In this document: piece by piece, positions 1 through 9,664 of the stretch
Layout of the letters: every line of letters begins with the position of its first letter
Position numbering within the stretch: the stretch's first letter is position 1
Source of the DNA: Spirochaetia bacterium
GTDB taxonomy: Bacteria; Spirochaetota; Spirochaetia; UBA9216
DNA length: 64,000 nt
Assembly (NCBI GenBank): GCA_965140585.1
Contig: OZ223267.1
Span: 352,001-416,000, forward strand
Direction: 5' to 3'
Made by a program: the position numbers and the translations under genes
Notes under the pieces: model-generated
What the model was told of the DNA's origin: nothing
Databases searched by the model: none
The model's input: only the letters and a program-made list of their open reading frames with translations

Positions 1-767
1 ACTTTGTACTCTATAGGTATAAGTTTTTCTTCAAACTGAATTGCAATGGATGCAATGTCCTTCCTGTCCGCTATCGGTTCGAATCGAACTACTTTACCAG
101 GTATCTTCAGAATAAGATCATTCTCTTCAATATCAAGACGGATCAACGCAACCTTATTAACAAGGAATTTTGCGATACCTGCTATTATAAGCTTAGTGCC
201 TGAAAAGGATATGTCTCTAATAATGGCTTTTCTGGGAATATTGTCTATTAGAACTATAACGCTTTTAGACTTTAATCCAATTTTGCGGATAATATTATCG
301 TTTATCTGAATTCTTTCTTCTTTTCTTTTCTGAGAATTAAGGTTTGTTTCAAGTAGTCTGCCCAGCTTTGCTATAAGATCATCAGGCGGCTGCTGAGTGT
401 AGCTGAGGTTGATTAGTGACAGATCACTGTTTTCATCGCCATATTTACTGAATCCTGCAACTCTTGCTGATACATAAAAGACCAGGGGCGCAGCTTTATC
501 AGGAATCTTAAAACTGAATTGAAGAGATGCAAAGTTATTTGCAGCTTTAATTTTTGTGTGAAAATCTTCTTTTATACTGGCAACGACTTTGGCTCCCCTC
601 ATGGAGCTTGAATAGACAAAGCAAGGCCAGTATTCGCCTTTGCATTTCAGAAGATTGTTACGCGGCATAAGGCCTGTTGCTCTTATGACGTCTTTATTGA
701 ATGCAACTTCAACATCACCAAACTGTTTAAAATAATTGGTAATCTGCTGTCCTGTAATTAGTGCCAT
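1..767 (-). CDS. plzA: PilZ-domain c-di-GMP effector, PlzA-like (runs off window edge; missing from ORF track)
   Basis: Manual translation from ATG at 767 (MALITGQQITNYFKQFG...) stays open to position 1. Contains RKEER (RxxxR) and DISFSG (DxSxxG) PilZ motifs. Confidence 0.85.
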   Translation of the reverse strand, partial: MALITGQQITNYFKQFGDVEVAFNKDVIRATGLMPRNNLLKCKGEYWPCFVYSSSMRGAKVVASIKEDFHTKIKAANNFASLQFSFKIPDKAAPLVFYVSARVAGFSKYGDENSDLSLINLSYTQQPPDDLIAKLGRLLETNLNSQKRKEERIQINDNIIRKIGLKSKSVIVLIDNIPRKAIIRDISFSGTKLIIAGIAKFLVNKVALIRLDIEENDLILKIPGKVVRFEPIADRKDIASIAIQFEEKLIPIEYK

Positions 768-773
768 AAAAAA

Positions 774-944
774 CCCCGCGATGCCGCTTGAGGAAAAATC
801 TCTTGAACTCCAGGGTTCAAGTGGGTTTCCTTTTCGATGCATCCTGTTCGCCAATTGGAAAACAATTCAACACAGAAATATGGAATCCCGTTTCTGAGGT
901 TTGTCCCAAGAGATTTACGCCCCGCCCGAACATCGCAGGGTAAA
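774..944 (-). ncRNA. ssrS: 6S RNA
   Basis: Directly downstream of zapA (classic synteny). 5' CCCTGCGATGTTC pairs with 3' GCGGCATCGCGGGG; internal CTTGAAC...GTTCAAG as in known 6S RNAs; ~170 nt. Confidence 0.9.
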
Positions 945-946
945 TC

Positions 947-1243
947 TTAATTTAGACTTTTGTCGATCCTCTCCATTATCTGAAGCGTCAATCTCTCAAC
1001 TTCGTCAAATTCCTTATTCCGGTCACCCCTGGACTTTTGTTTTTCTTTCAAAAGTTCATCAATTATAATGATACTAGAAATAATTGAATTTTTCAAAGGG
1101 TCTTTTATCCCCATTTCAGATTCAACTGTTTCAGTTTTTTTTCTGAGGTAATCCAGAATCTCTTCCATTTTACTGTTGTCTTCATCAGTCTGAATGGCAA
1201 ATGAAGTTCCCAGCAAGTTAACCCGGAAGAGACTCTTATCCAT
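947..1243 (-). CDS. zapA: Cell division protein ZapA
   Basis: 98 aa, N-terminal VNLLGTSFAI strand plus coiled coil; precedes 6S RNA. Confidence 0.85.
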   Translation of the reverse strand: MDKSLFRVNLLGTSFAIQTDEDNSKMEEILDYLRKKTETVESEMGIKDPLKNSIISSIIIIDELLKEKQKSRGDRNKEFDEVERLTLQIMERIDKSLN

Positions 1244-1248
1244 AAGTT

Positions 1249-1689
1249 TTAGAAAATCTCCAGTTCAGGTGCCTTAACATCTTCAGATGATGAGCCTCCC
1301 GAGTTGTCGGGAACTTGAGGTTCGGTTTCAGGAACCACGGCAGGAACAGCCTGTGCTTCGGAATCAGTTTCCGCGCTCTCTGTCTTTATTTCATCTGAAC
1401 TGTCCAAGCCATCAGAAGACACCGGGGAAGGGGACTGGGCGTTCTGTTCCGGTGATGTTAATCTATCTTCAAGAACGTCAAGTTGAGAAAGTACATCTTT
1501 AATGCCTTCTTCTATTTCCCTCTGGTCATTTTTAAACGATGAGATCATCGATTCAAGTTTCTGTATATGTGCCTGATTTTCCTTGAGTCTGGTCCGCAAC
1601 AAGCCGTTCTCTTTTTTAAGAGATTCTATAACTTCGAGAGCCTTACGAACTTTTCCGTCAAGGCTCCGAACCTGCTCAATTGTCAGCAT
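1249..1689 (-). CDS. zapB: ZapB-like coiled-coil cell division protein with acidic tail
   Basis: Long heptad coiled coil, located upstream of zapA. Confidence 0.7.
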   Translation of the reverse strand: MLTIEQVRSLDGKVRKALEVIESLKKENGLLRTRLKENQAHIQKLESMISSFKNDQREIEEGIKDVLSQLDVLEDRLTSPEQNAQSPSPVSSDGLDSSDEIKTESAETDSEAQAVPAVVPETEPQVPDNSGGSSSEDVKAPELEIF

Positions 1690-1693
1690 TTAC

Positions 1694-2053
1694 TTATACT
1701 CCGGCAGCTTCTTTTGATTTTGAAACAAGAGCTGTGAATGCTGCGGGATCTTCAATTGCCATATTGGAAAGAGCTTTTCTATTAAGTTCAATCCCGGCTT
1801 TTGAAAGGCCGTGCATGAAAGTTGAGTAGTTAATATCATTAGATTTACATGCGGCTGAGATTCTGGTAATCCACAGTCTTCTGAAATCTCTCTTTTTCTT
1901 TTTTCTGTCTCTGTATGAGTAAAGCCCGGCTTTTGCTACTGCGTCTTTTGCGGCTCTGAAGTTTGTACTTCTTCGTCCCCAGTAACCTTTAGCCTGCTTA
2001 AGTATTTTTTTTCTTCGTTCGCTTCGTCTTGTACCGTCGACTGCTCTAGGCAT
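1694..2053 (-). CDS. rplT: 50S ribosomal protein L20
   Basis: AKGYWGRR, YRDRKKKKRDFRRLWITRISAA; infC-rpmI-rplT order. Confidence 0.98.
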   Translation of the reverse strand: MPRAVDGTRRSERRKKILKQAKGYWGRRSTNFRAAKDAVAKAGLYSYRDRKKKKRDFRRLWITRISAACKSNDINYSTFMHGLSKAGIELNRKALSNMAIEDPAAFTALVSKSKEAAGV

Positions 2054-2076
2054 ATCTGTCTAACTCCTTTGATATC

Positions 2077-2274
2077 TTATCCGTAAGGTAATAGCTTTTT
2101 AGCTACAGCTGTCTCCGCGGGACTCAATATACCGTTTTTGCGGAGTTTCCTTTTTCTTTTTGTACTTTTCTTTGTAAGAATGTGCCTCAAGCCCTGTTTC
2201 TTGTATTTCACCTTACCGGAAGCGGTAAGAGAATATCTCTTTGCGGCAGATTTTCTTGTCTTCATCTTAGGCAT
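2077..2274 (-). CDS. rpmI: 50S ribosomal protein L35
   Basis: [14 protein letters not shown]...[10 protein letters not shown]. Confidence 0.98.
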   Translation of the reverse strand: MPKMKTRKSAAKRYSLTASGKVKYKKQGLRHILTKKSTKRKRKLRKNGILSPAETAVAKKLLPYG

Positions 2275-2291
2275 AGTAACCCTCTTTAAAA

Positions 2292-2813
2292 TTAATTCTT
2301 AGAATTTTTTGGACTTAGTATCATAGACATAAACCTGCCTTCCATCTGAGGGGGTCTGTCAAGATTAAAGGAACCTTCAATAGCTGCCATTACTTTTTCA
2401 AGAACAACTTTACCCAGCTCCGTATGCGCCAGCTCCCGTCCACGGAACCGCACAGTGACCTTTACTTTATTGCCTTCTTCAAGGAATTCCTTAACATGCT
2501 TGGCTTTGAACTCAAGATCATGCTTTTCAATTTTAGGCTGCATCCGAATTTCTTTCATTTTGACAAGTTTCTGTTTTTTCTTGGATTCTCTGAGCTTTTT
2601 TTCCTGCTCGAATCTGTACTTGCCGTAATCGAGAATCTTACAAACTGGAGGATTAGCCTGTGGAGCTACCTCCACAAGGTCGAGACCTGCCTCTTTTGCC
2701 ATATTAAGTGCATCAGCGACAGCGATAACTCCATGCTGTTCACCGCCGTCATCGATAAGACGTACTTCTTTGACGCGGATTTTTTCGTTTATTCTAAGTT
2801 CTTTTGCAGCCAA
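2292..2813 (-). CDS. infC: Translation initiation factor IF-3 (probable TTG start)
   Basis: [46 protein letters not shown] spacing fits TTG at 2813 better than ATG at 2816. Confidence 0.97.
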   Translation of the reverse strand: MAAKELRINEKIRVKEVRLIDDGGEQHGVIAVADALNMAKEAGLDLVEVAPQANPPVCKILDYGKYRFEQEKKLRESKKKQKLVKMKEIRMQPKIEKHDLEFKAKHVKEFLEEGNKVKVTVRFRGRELAHTELGKVVLEKVMAAIEGSFNLDRPPQMEGRFMSMILSPKNSKN

Positions 2814-3029
2814 CATTACTCCTTATTCTAAAAGGGCTAAAAAGATTTATGTAATATATCATCACATAAAAAAAGAGTCAAATGGGTGTAACGTACTATA
2901 ATTAAATAAATTATTTGAATCAATCCCTAAAATTTTTGACATTGAAAATTCTATTCACTAATATTGAATTTAGGAGAGAAAAGCTGGAAGCTAAACTGAT
3001 ATTCAGACAATTACTAAGTGTAAACAGCA

Positions 3030-3418
3030 TGATGAGAAGCAGATTGATGGGCTACATAATGAAGACAAACCTCTATAGCCTGAAAAATCTCATGTCTTAC
3101 TGTATCGAAGTTAAATCCAAACAGGCAGATGAACTGAAAGAAATTTACGATAAGATACCTGAAAACAGTGTTTACAGCAATTCTACATCAATGCTGATTG
3201 AAAAACTTAAATCAATGGGATTTCCTGATAATATCACAGATGAAAAATCTCTTAATAAATTTACGGATATAATAGAATTTGAAGTGATTGTATTCAGCCA
3301 GTTAAGTGAACAGACTGAGGATCCGGAGGTAAGTCATCAGTTAAACAGTTTCTCAAACTCGGCATTAAAATTAAAAAAATGGCTTCTAACACAGTATGAA
3401 TTAATGCAGCTTGTCTGA
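3030..3418 (+). CDS. Hypothetical helical protein (possibly ferritin-like fold); start uncertain
   Basis: Open frame 2915-3418 with amphipathic helices and no clear motif. Confidence 0.5.
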
Positions 3419-3464
3419 GAGTTTGCTTGATGTAATTCAAAGCCTGTGCTAATCTCAAATTGAT

Positions 3465-4112
3465 ATGACACTATTTCTGTTAACAGCCGTTCCGGTCTAT
3501 TTTATTATCATCGACAGCATGTCTCTTACAACGCAAATTCCAATTGCGGCAAAAATGCGGGATATTCTATATGGTGTATTTGTTTTTGCTGGTTCCGCGG
3601 TAATCTACAATATTATTCGAATGAGTTTTATTTCTCAAAGCTTCAGTTACAGCGGAATATTTAATTATTTTCTTATGCACGACCATCTGCTTCAGTTTGC
3701 TCTCGGGTTGGCTGGTTACCTTCTTGTTTATGGTACTTCAGTGACAGATTCAGAATCAGAACTTTTAAGCAGAAACCTGACCTTTTTTGCAGGATTCTAT
3801 CTGCTTTGGCCTGTAAATGATGTCATAATCAGCTACGGATGGTATAACACATACCTGCTACTCCTGCTTCCTTTTCAGCGGTTAATTGTTATTTCCACAG
3901 CTGCCTTTCTGATGACGGTCTCTCGAAACTTTGAAAGCTGGAAAAAAGGATTAGTAATTGCTTCCACTGTACTTGTCCCGGTATTAAACACATGTGTGGC
4001 TATGTTGTGGAGACTCTCTCTTGATATCTTTTCAATAATTCTTACCATTGTAATTTTTCTCAGCTCAACAGCTCTGTTTGTAATGAAATATAAAAAAAGG
4101 ATTACTGCATAA
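3465..4112 (+). CDS. Hypothetical polytopic membrane protein
   Basis: About 6-7 hydrophobic segments. Confidence 0.7.
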   Translation: MTLFLLTAVPVYFIIIDSMSLTTQIPIAAKMRDILYGVFVFAGSAVIYNIIRMSFISQSFSYSGIFNYFLMHDHLLQFALGLAGYLLVYGTSVTDSESELLSRNLTFFAGFYLLWPVNDVIISYGWYNTYLLLLLPFQRLIVISTAAFLMTVSRNFESWKKGLVIASTVLVPVLNTCVAMLWRLSLDIFSIILTIVIFLSSTALFVMKYKKRITA

Positions 4113-4148
4113 AAGCAGTAATCCCTGTAATTCACTGTCAGCTGTATT

Positions 4149-5486
4149 TTATCCGAAAAAACCTGCATGAAGTTTACTTATGGCATCATCTGTATGCTTT
4201 TCCGGAACAACCAGTGTCAGATTGATTCTTGATGCACCGAGAGAAATCATTCTGATGGGAATACCCTCAAGTGTTTGAAAAATTCTGGCGACAACGGCGG
4301 AATCCTTCCATAAATCTTCCCCGACAAGACAAACAATACTCTTGTCAGTCTCAACATTGACCCTCCCGAAAAGGTTCAGTTCAGCGGTGATTGCTTCCAG
4401 TTTGCTCTGGTTCTCAATAGTCATTGAAACAGATACTTCTGATGTTGTGACTATATCGACTGAAGTCTTGTATTTTTCAAAAACTGTGAATATTTTTGCA
4501 AGAAATCCATAGGCATTTACCATTCGGCCTGTTTTAATTTCGATAAGGGTTATATTTTTTTTTCCGGATATGGCCTTAAGCCCTGTTTTGCCTGATGAGG
4601 GGGCGATGGTTGTGTAGATTCCGTCCGGATCATTAGTACTTTTTACAAGAACAGGTATTTCACGGTCGACAGCAGGAACGATTGTTGATGGATGCACTAC
4701 CTTTGCCCCGAAGAAAGCCAGTTCGGCAGCTTCATCATAGCTGACCTGCGGAATAGTCTTAGCTTCGGGAACTATACGCGGATCAGTAGTCATTATACCG
4801 TTTACATCAGTCCAGATCTGAACCTCCTCGGCATCAAGTGCCGCACCGTATATAGTAGCCGAATAATCAGAACCACCGCGCCCGAGTGTTGTTGTTGCAC
4901 CATCAAGATTGGTCGCAATGAAACCCTGAGCAACATAAAGCTTTCCTGCCACCGCAGAAACGGCGCCGCGAATCAATTCACCTGTTTTATCCATATAAGG
5001 GAGAGCAGAATTAAAATTATCATCGGTTTTCACAAGCTTTCGTGAATCAAGAAGTATAGCGTCAATACCTCTTTCCCGTGCTCTGGCTGCAATAAGGGTA
5101 GTTGCAAGCAATTCTCCGAAAGAGAGAATTGCATCGGTGCTTCTGGGGCTGCATTCTCTTAAGAGTGCAAGCCCCTTAACAAGAGAAGCAAGCTCAGTAA
5201 AAAGATCTTCAACTCTCTCAGCTGCAAAACGCAGATTATTTCCGCTTAAAAAACTGTTAATTGCGAAGAAGTGACTGTTTTTGATTTCCTCGAGGATTGA
5301 AAATGCCAGTTCCTGATCCCCCGATACCGCAGCCTGTGATATTGCAACTAATTTATCGGTTGTTTTTCCCATTGCGGATGAAATCAGAAGCGGTGCCTTA
5401 TCAAGCTGTTTTTCAGCAATATTAAGGGCCTTGTCGATCATTTCGGTGTTCTGAACAGAAGTTCCCCCGAATTTCATTACGATCAT
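4149..5486 (-). CDS. lysC: Lysine-sensitive aspartokinase
   Basis: MKFGGTSV, TTLGRGGSDYSA, IWTDVNG, two ACT domains; lysine riboswitch upstream. Confidence 0.95.
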   Translation of the reverse strand: MIVMKFGGTSVQNTEMIDKALNIAEKQLDKAPLLISSAMGKTTDKLVAISQAAVSGDQELAFSILEEIKNSHFFAINSFLSGNNLRFAAERVEDLFTELASLVKGLALLRECSPRSTDAILSFGELLATTLIAARARERGIDAILLDSRKLVKTDDNFNSALPYMDKTGELIRGAVSAVAGKLYVAQGFIATNLDGATTTLGRGGSDYSATIYGAALDAEEVQIWTDVNGIMTTDPRIVPEAKTIPQVSYDEAAELAFFGAKVVHPSTIVPAVDREIPVLVKSTNDPDGIYTTIAPSSGKTGLKAISGKKNITLIEIKTGRMVNAYGFLAKIFTVFEKYKTSVDIVTTSEVSVSMTIENQSKLEAITAELNLFGRVNVETDKSIVCLVGEDLWKDSAVVARIFQTLEGIPIRMISLGASRINLTLVVPEKHTDDAISKLHAGFFG

Positions 5487-5556
5487 ATCGTTCTCCTTGT
5501 GTGATGAATATGACCCGAATCATTTAATAAAAGGAAGGTAGACTGGTTGGTCTGTC

Positions 5557-5720
5557 CAATAGCTCTCCACTTTTAAAGTGACAGTTCCCAAGGTGTTAAC
5601 CTCAGACCCCAGGGGTGAACAACAGGATGTCCATTCCCTTCGGCGGCGGCCCCTTTCAAATCTGCAATCTAAAATCCTGTTTTCAATGCAGCTTACTGAT
5701 GACCAACCGCGCCTCTATTG
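5557..5720 (-). promoter_or_regulatory. Lysine riboswitch (L-box)
   Basis: Minus strand AATAGAGGCGC...AAAGGGG...GCCGAA...CTGGG...ACTGTCA...TGGAGAGCTATT; kissing-loop complement ACAGGAT/ATCCTGT; upstream of lysC. Confidence 0.93.
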
Positions 5721-5833
5721 ACCCGGAAAAAATTATAATTCCTTCTATCACATAGCCGAATTTAAGTCAATAATCGGTAATGAAGCACTTTGTTATTTGA
5801 CAACAGCCCTAACAACTGATTAATATGCTGGTA

Positions 5834-8275
5834 ATGAAAGCATCTGAGCGTTTGTCTGAAGAAGTAATTGAAATTTTAAGAGAGGCTGTCTCTGAAGCCG
5901 CAGGAAATGAAGTAATGGCCTGGGGGCGGGTTCTCCATGGAATTATCACTGATGTGACCATCGCTGCAAGAGGTGATGAAGGTTCAGTACCTGCCGTTTT
6001 TGCGCATATGCAGAAAGGTGATGTTGTTATTCATAACCATCCGGGCGGACTCCTAAAACCTTCATCGGCTGATATGCAGGTAGCCGGTCGGCTAGGTGAA
6101 TCAGGAATAGGCTTTTATATAGTAGATAATGAAGTAAACCGTGTATATGCGGTAGTCGAACCTATAGAATCTGCGGAGATCAGTGTAATAAAAACTGATG
6201 AGCTTGCAGCACTGCTGGAGCCTGAGGGGAGAATGTCGCTGGAACTTGATTCAGGCGGATATTATGAATACAGACCTCCCCAGGTTGCAATGCTTAAAAG
6301 GGTAGCTGAAAGTTTTAATGAAAGCAGGGTCTGCATTGCCGAGGCCGGAACGGGTGTCGGTAAATCAATGGCTTATCTTCTGCCTGCAATAAACTGGGCT
6401 GATATGAATAATGAGCGGGTTGTTGTTTCTACAGCAACTATAAATCTTCAGCATCAGCTGCTTGACAAGGACATCCCAATGGCTAAGAAAGTTCTTGGTT
6501 CAAAGTGCCGTGCGGTTCTTGTAAAGGGAAGGGGGAATTACATCTGCCTCAGGAGACTTGCTGCAGCCCTCGATGAACAGACACTGTTTGATGATGGAAA
6601 CGAGGAGCTTCAGTCCATAAAAGACTGGTCTGAGCATACCGCGACCGGAGTGCGTGAAGATATTCCGTTTTATCCGTCAGCCTCTGTCTGGAATAATGTA
6701 AATTCAGAGGGTGATTCCTGTCAGGGAATACGATGCAGGAGCCGTGAGAAATGCTTTGTTCTTAAAATGAAGAAGGAAGCCGCCTCAGCCAAACTTCTGG
6801 TTGTAAACCATCATCTGCTGTTTTCTGATCTCGCAATGCGTGTGGGCGGTGCCGGTTTTGAAAACTCGGTTGTTCTGCCTCCATTTTCCAGAATTGTATT
6901 TGATGAGGCGCATAATATGGAGAGCAGCGCTACAAGCTTCTTTTCATCAGAGCTGAATATATTTTCTATTATGAAACAGACCGGACTGCTCTACAGCAAG
7001 AAGAGGGGGAGAAGCTTCGGAGCTGTCATAAATCTCCAGATAGAGGCCGGAGCAACTGAGGATGACGAGAAAATACCGGGGATGGTTGAAGATGTCCGGG
7101 AAAGCATGCGTAAACTTGATGAAGCGGCGCTTGAAATACTGGGCGGTGAATCTAGTATTCGTCTTCGTCGTGGTGCGGAAGAGCCGTTCACCGGTATTAT
7201 TATTCCGTTAATGACCGAGCTTCAGCAGCGAATCCTCGACTGTGTTCAGGCTGTTGAGGGAATAATAAGGCGAATGGATGAAAAGGATCAGGAGCTTCCT
7301 GTTGTTTTTGATGTCCGGATTCTGCAGCGGCGTCTGGAGTCTCTTGCTTCGGTTTGCCAGTCATTTACCATGTGGGATGAGAAGCCGGGTGATGTATTCT
7401 GGATAGAAAAGAAGAAGGGCAGCAGCGGGGAACCTTTTGTCCGTTTTGTTGTTACTCCTCTGGATATTTCGCATATGATGCGAGAGGCTGTTTTCGGACC
7501 TTATGAAACAGTCGTATGCACATCTGCAACTATATCAGTTAATCGTGATTTCAGATTCTGGGCTTCGAGGGTCGGTCTGAGCGGTTTTGAAGACAGGGAG
7601 GTCTCAGCCTCTGTTTTTAATTCACCATTTCCTTACAGGGAAAATGTCCTGTTATGCCTGCCTCAGGATGCACCGGATCCAGCCGATCCTTCCTACGGAT
7701 TTTTTGTATCGGATTTTATAATTAAGCTGCTTGAAGTTTCCGAGGGCAGGGCTCTTCTGCTTTTTACGTCATACAGGGCATTATCGGATACCTACGAGGC
7801 TGTCAAACCTTCACTCGACCAGCTCGGAATAACATCCTTGAAGCAGGGCGATGATGACAGGAGCCGTTTGCTCGAAAAGTTTAAAACAGATACTGCCAGT
7901 GTCCTTTTTGCAACCAGTTCGTTCTGGGAGGGGATAGATACTCCCGGCGAGTCTTTAAAAGTTGTTGTAATCTGTAAATTACCCTTTATGGTTCCGACTG
8001 ACCCGGTAATTTCCGCCCGTATGGAGGCCATTGAGGCTAGAGGCGGTAATCAGTTTATGGAGTTTATGCTTCCTGAGGCAGTAATTAAATTCAAGCAGGG
8101 GTTCGGCAGGCTGATGAGGCGCTCTACTGATTCAGGAGTCGTAGCTGTTCTTGATTCCCGTCTGCTGACCAAGGCCTACGGCAAAATCTTCATCAACTCT
8201 CTGCCGGAAACAGGAAAATCGGTGAAACAGTCGGAACATATTCTCTCGGATGCCGAGAATTTTCTTTATAAATGA
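5834..8275 (+). CDS. DinG/YoaA-family Fe-S helicase with N-terminal JAB/RadC-like domain
   Basis: HNHPGG..PSSAD JAB-like motif; EAGTGVGKS, Fe-S Cys, DEAH, QGFGRLMR. Confidence 0.88.
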   Translation: MKASERLSEEVIEILREAVSEAAGNEVMAWGRVLHGIITDVTIAARGDEGSVPAVFAHMQKGDVVIHNHPGGLLKPSSADMQVAGRLGESGIGFYIVDNEVNRVYAVVEPIESAEISVIKTDELAALLEPEGRMSLELDSGGYYEYRPPQVAMLKRVAESFNESRVCIAEAGTGVGKSMAYLLPAINWADMNNERVVVSTATINLQHQLLDKDIPMAKKVLGSKCRAVLVKGRGNYICLRRLAAALDEQTLFDDGNEELQSIKDWSEHTATGVREDIPFYPSASVWNNVNSEGDSCQGIRCRSREKCFVLKMKKEAASAKLLVVNHHLLFSDLAMRVGGAGFENSVVLPPFSRIVFDEAHNMESSATSFFSSELNIFSIMKQTGLLYSKKRGRSFGAVINLQIEAGATEDDEKIPGMVEDVRESMRKLDEAALEILGGESSIRLRRGAEEPFTGIIIPLMTELQQRILDCVQAVEGIIRRMDEKDQELPVVFDVRILQRRLESLASVCQSFTMWDEKPGDVFWIEKKKGSSGEPFVRFVVTPLDISHMMREAVFGPYETVVCTSATISVNRDFRFWASRVGLSGFEDREVSASVFNSPFPYRENVLLCLPQDAPDPADPSYGFFVSDFIIKLLEVSEGRALLLFTSYRALSDTYEAVKPSLDQLGITSLKQGDDDRSRLLEKFKTDTASVLFATSSFWEGIDTPGESLKVVVICKLPFMVPTDPVISARMEAIEARGGNQFMEFMLPEAVIKFKQGFGRLMRRSTDSGVVAVLDSRLLTKAYGKIFINSLPETGKSVKQSEHILSDAENFLYK

Positions 8276-8319
8276 TTTTGATTTAGAAAAGTGATGTTAG
8301 CTTTCAGGCAGCAATTGAT

Positions 8320-8348
8320 AAAAAAAAGGATACCGCATCGCGGTATCC
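8320..8348 (-). terminator. Intrinsic terminator of groES
   Basis: GGATACCGC-GAT-GCGGTATCC followed by a T8 run on the minus strand. Confidence 0.85.
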
Positions 8349-8372
8349 CCTGATCTGTATCAGATAAGTAGA

Positions 8373-8639
8373 TTATTCTACTACAGCAAGAACGTCTGAC
8401 ATTCTTACAAGAAGGTACTCAACGCCGTCTGCTTCGAGTTTTGTTCCTGCGTATTTGTCATACATAACCTTATCACCGACTTTTACAGTGATAACATCCT
8501 TATCGTCTCCGATTTCTGCAATTACACCGGTATTGGTTTTTTCCTGTGCAGTCTGAGGAATGTAAAGACTTCCTACTTTCTGAGTATCTTCTGTTTCAAG
8601 TTTTACAAGGACTCTGTCGCCCAGAGGTTTAATTTTCAT
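8373..8639 (-). CDS. groES: Co-chaperonin GroES (monocistronic)
   Basis: MKIKPLGDRVLV, LYIPQTAQEK, KVGDKVMYDKYAGT. Confidence 0.97.
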   Translation of the reverse strand: MKIKPLGDRVLVKLETEDTQKVGSLYIPQTAQEKTNTGVIAEIGDDKDVITVKVGDKVMYDKYAGTKLEADGVEYLLVRMSDVLAVVE

Positions 8640-8825
8640 ATTTTTTTCCTCCTAAAAATGTTCTGAGACTATGATTAAGAAATTCTATTTTTCTGAAAAA
8701 AATATACGAATGAATTTATTAATGGTCAAGATAATTTGGAATATTTAGAAAATATTTTTTATTTGCCATCTCATGTCAAAAATATTATTTTCTATACAGT
8801 AAAGAAGATATGGAAGGGCAAAATC

Positions 8826-9485
8826 ATGAAGCACTGGAAAAAAGAGCTGGAGCATGGGCGACAGCTCAATGAAGATGAAAACTATTCAGAAGCTCAGCAG
8901 GTTCTAGAGTCTGCTCTTCACGGCTGCCCTGATGAAGAGATTAAAGCTTCTGCTGAAATCATCTTTGAGATCGGAAGATCTTTCTTCGGACGCGGAATGC
9001 GCGGTATTGCAATAAAGAATATGCTGGCCGCAGCAAGAATAAGCAGTATAGAATCACACACAGACAACATGATCAAATGTCTTGTTAATGAATATGGAAT
9101 GCCTGCACAGAAATCGAAGGCTGCTGATGATGAGGCTGCTTTTACGGCTGTTCAGCTTTTAAGATATCTTAGTACGAAGAAGTCAGCCAAATTCGGTACT
9201 CTGGCAGAAAAGGACATGGTTCTTGATCTTGTTTCGGAGGCCTGGTCTGATTTTAAAGATAATTATGATTTATCAGGATTATCCGCCAGGGAGAAAGTTC
9301 ACAGTTTCAAATGCTACGTTATCATCTTCCCATCTTTCAATGTTCCCGATTCAGACTTTTATACAGATGACAACATTATTTTTCATGATTTCGGGAATGA
9401 TTTATGCAGCTGCGGAAGCGGATTACCCTATATGTGGTGCTGCGGGCGCATAAAATCGCTCTATGAGATAGAAAACGGGAAATAA
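8826..9485 (+). CDS. TPR-like helical protein with C-terminal SEC-C zinc motif
   Basis: C-terminal CSCGSGLPYMWCCG; ATG 8826 follows GAAGGG. Confidence 0.75.
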   Translation: MKHWKKELEHGRQLNEDENYSEAQQVLESALHGCPDEEIKASAEIIFEIGRSFFGRGMRGIAIKNMLAAARISSIESHTDNMIKCLVNEYGMPAQKSKAADDEAAFTAVQLLRYLSTKKSAKFGTLAEKDMVLDLVSEAWSDFKDNYDLSGLSAREKVHSFKCYVIIFPSFNVPDSDFYTDDNIIFHDFGNDLCSCGSGLPYMWCCGRIKSLYEIENGK

Positions 9486-9626
9486 TGACCCAAAATGAGT
9501 GCCTTTTTCTATCACTGTGTCAAATTGATACAATTGGTATTAAGGCTGTTTAAGACTTATCTTTTTGTTAATTTATAAATGCTTATAATATAAAGAATTA
9601 TTGTGTTTTATCTAATCTTGTTTTTT

Positions 9627-9642
9627 TGGCATGCTACCTGCT
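9627..9642 (+). promoter_or_regulatory. Sigma54 (-24/-12) promoter
   Basis: TGGCATGCTACCTGCT: GG-N10-GC, close to TGGCACG-N4-TTGC. Confidence 0.75.
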
Positions 9643-9664
9643 TTATAGTATACGGAGGAACAGA

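Noticed and set aside
5834-8275. Type IV CRISPR-associated or defence DinG
   Set aside because: Housekeeping context, with no csf/cas genes or array.
8373-8700. groES without groEL; CIRCE element
   Set aside because: Split groES/groEL is usual in spirochaetes, and no CIRCE repeat is visible.
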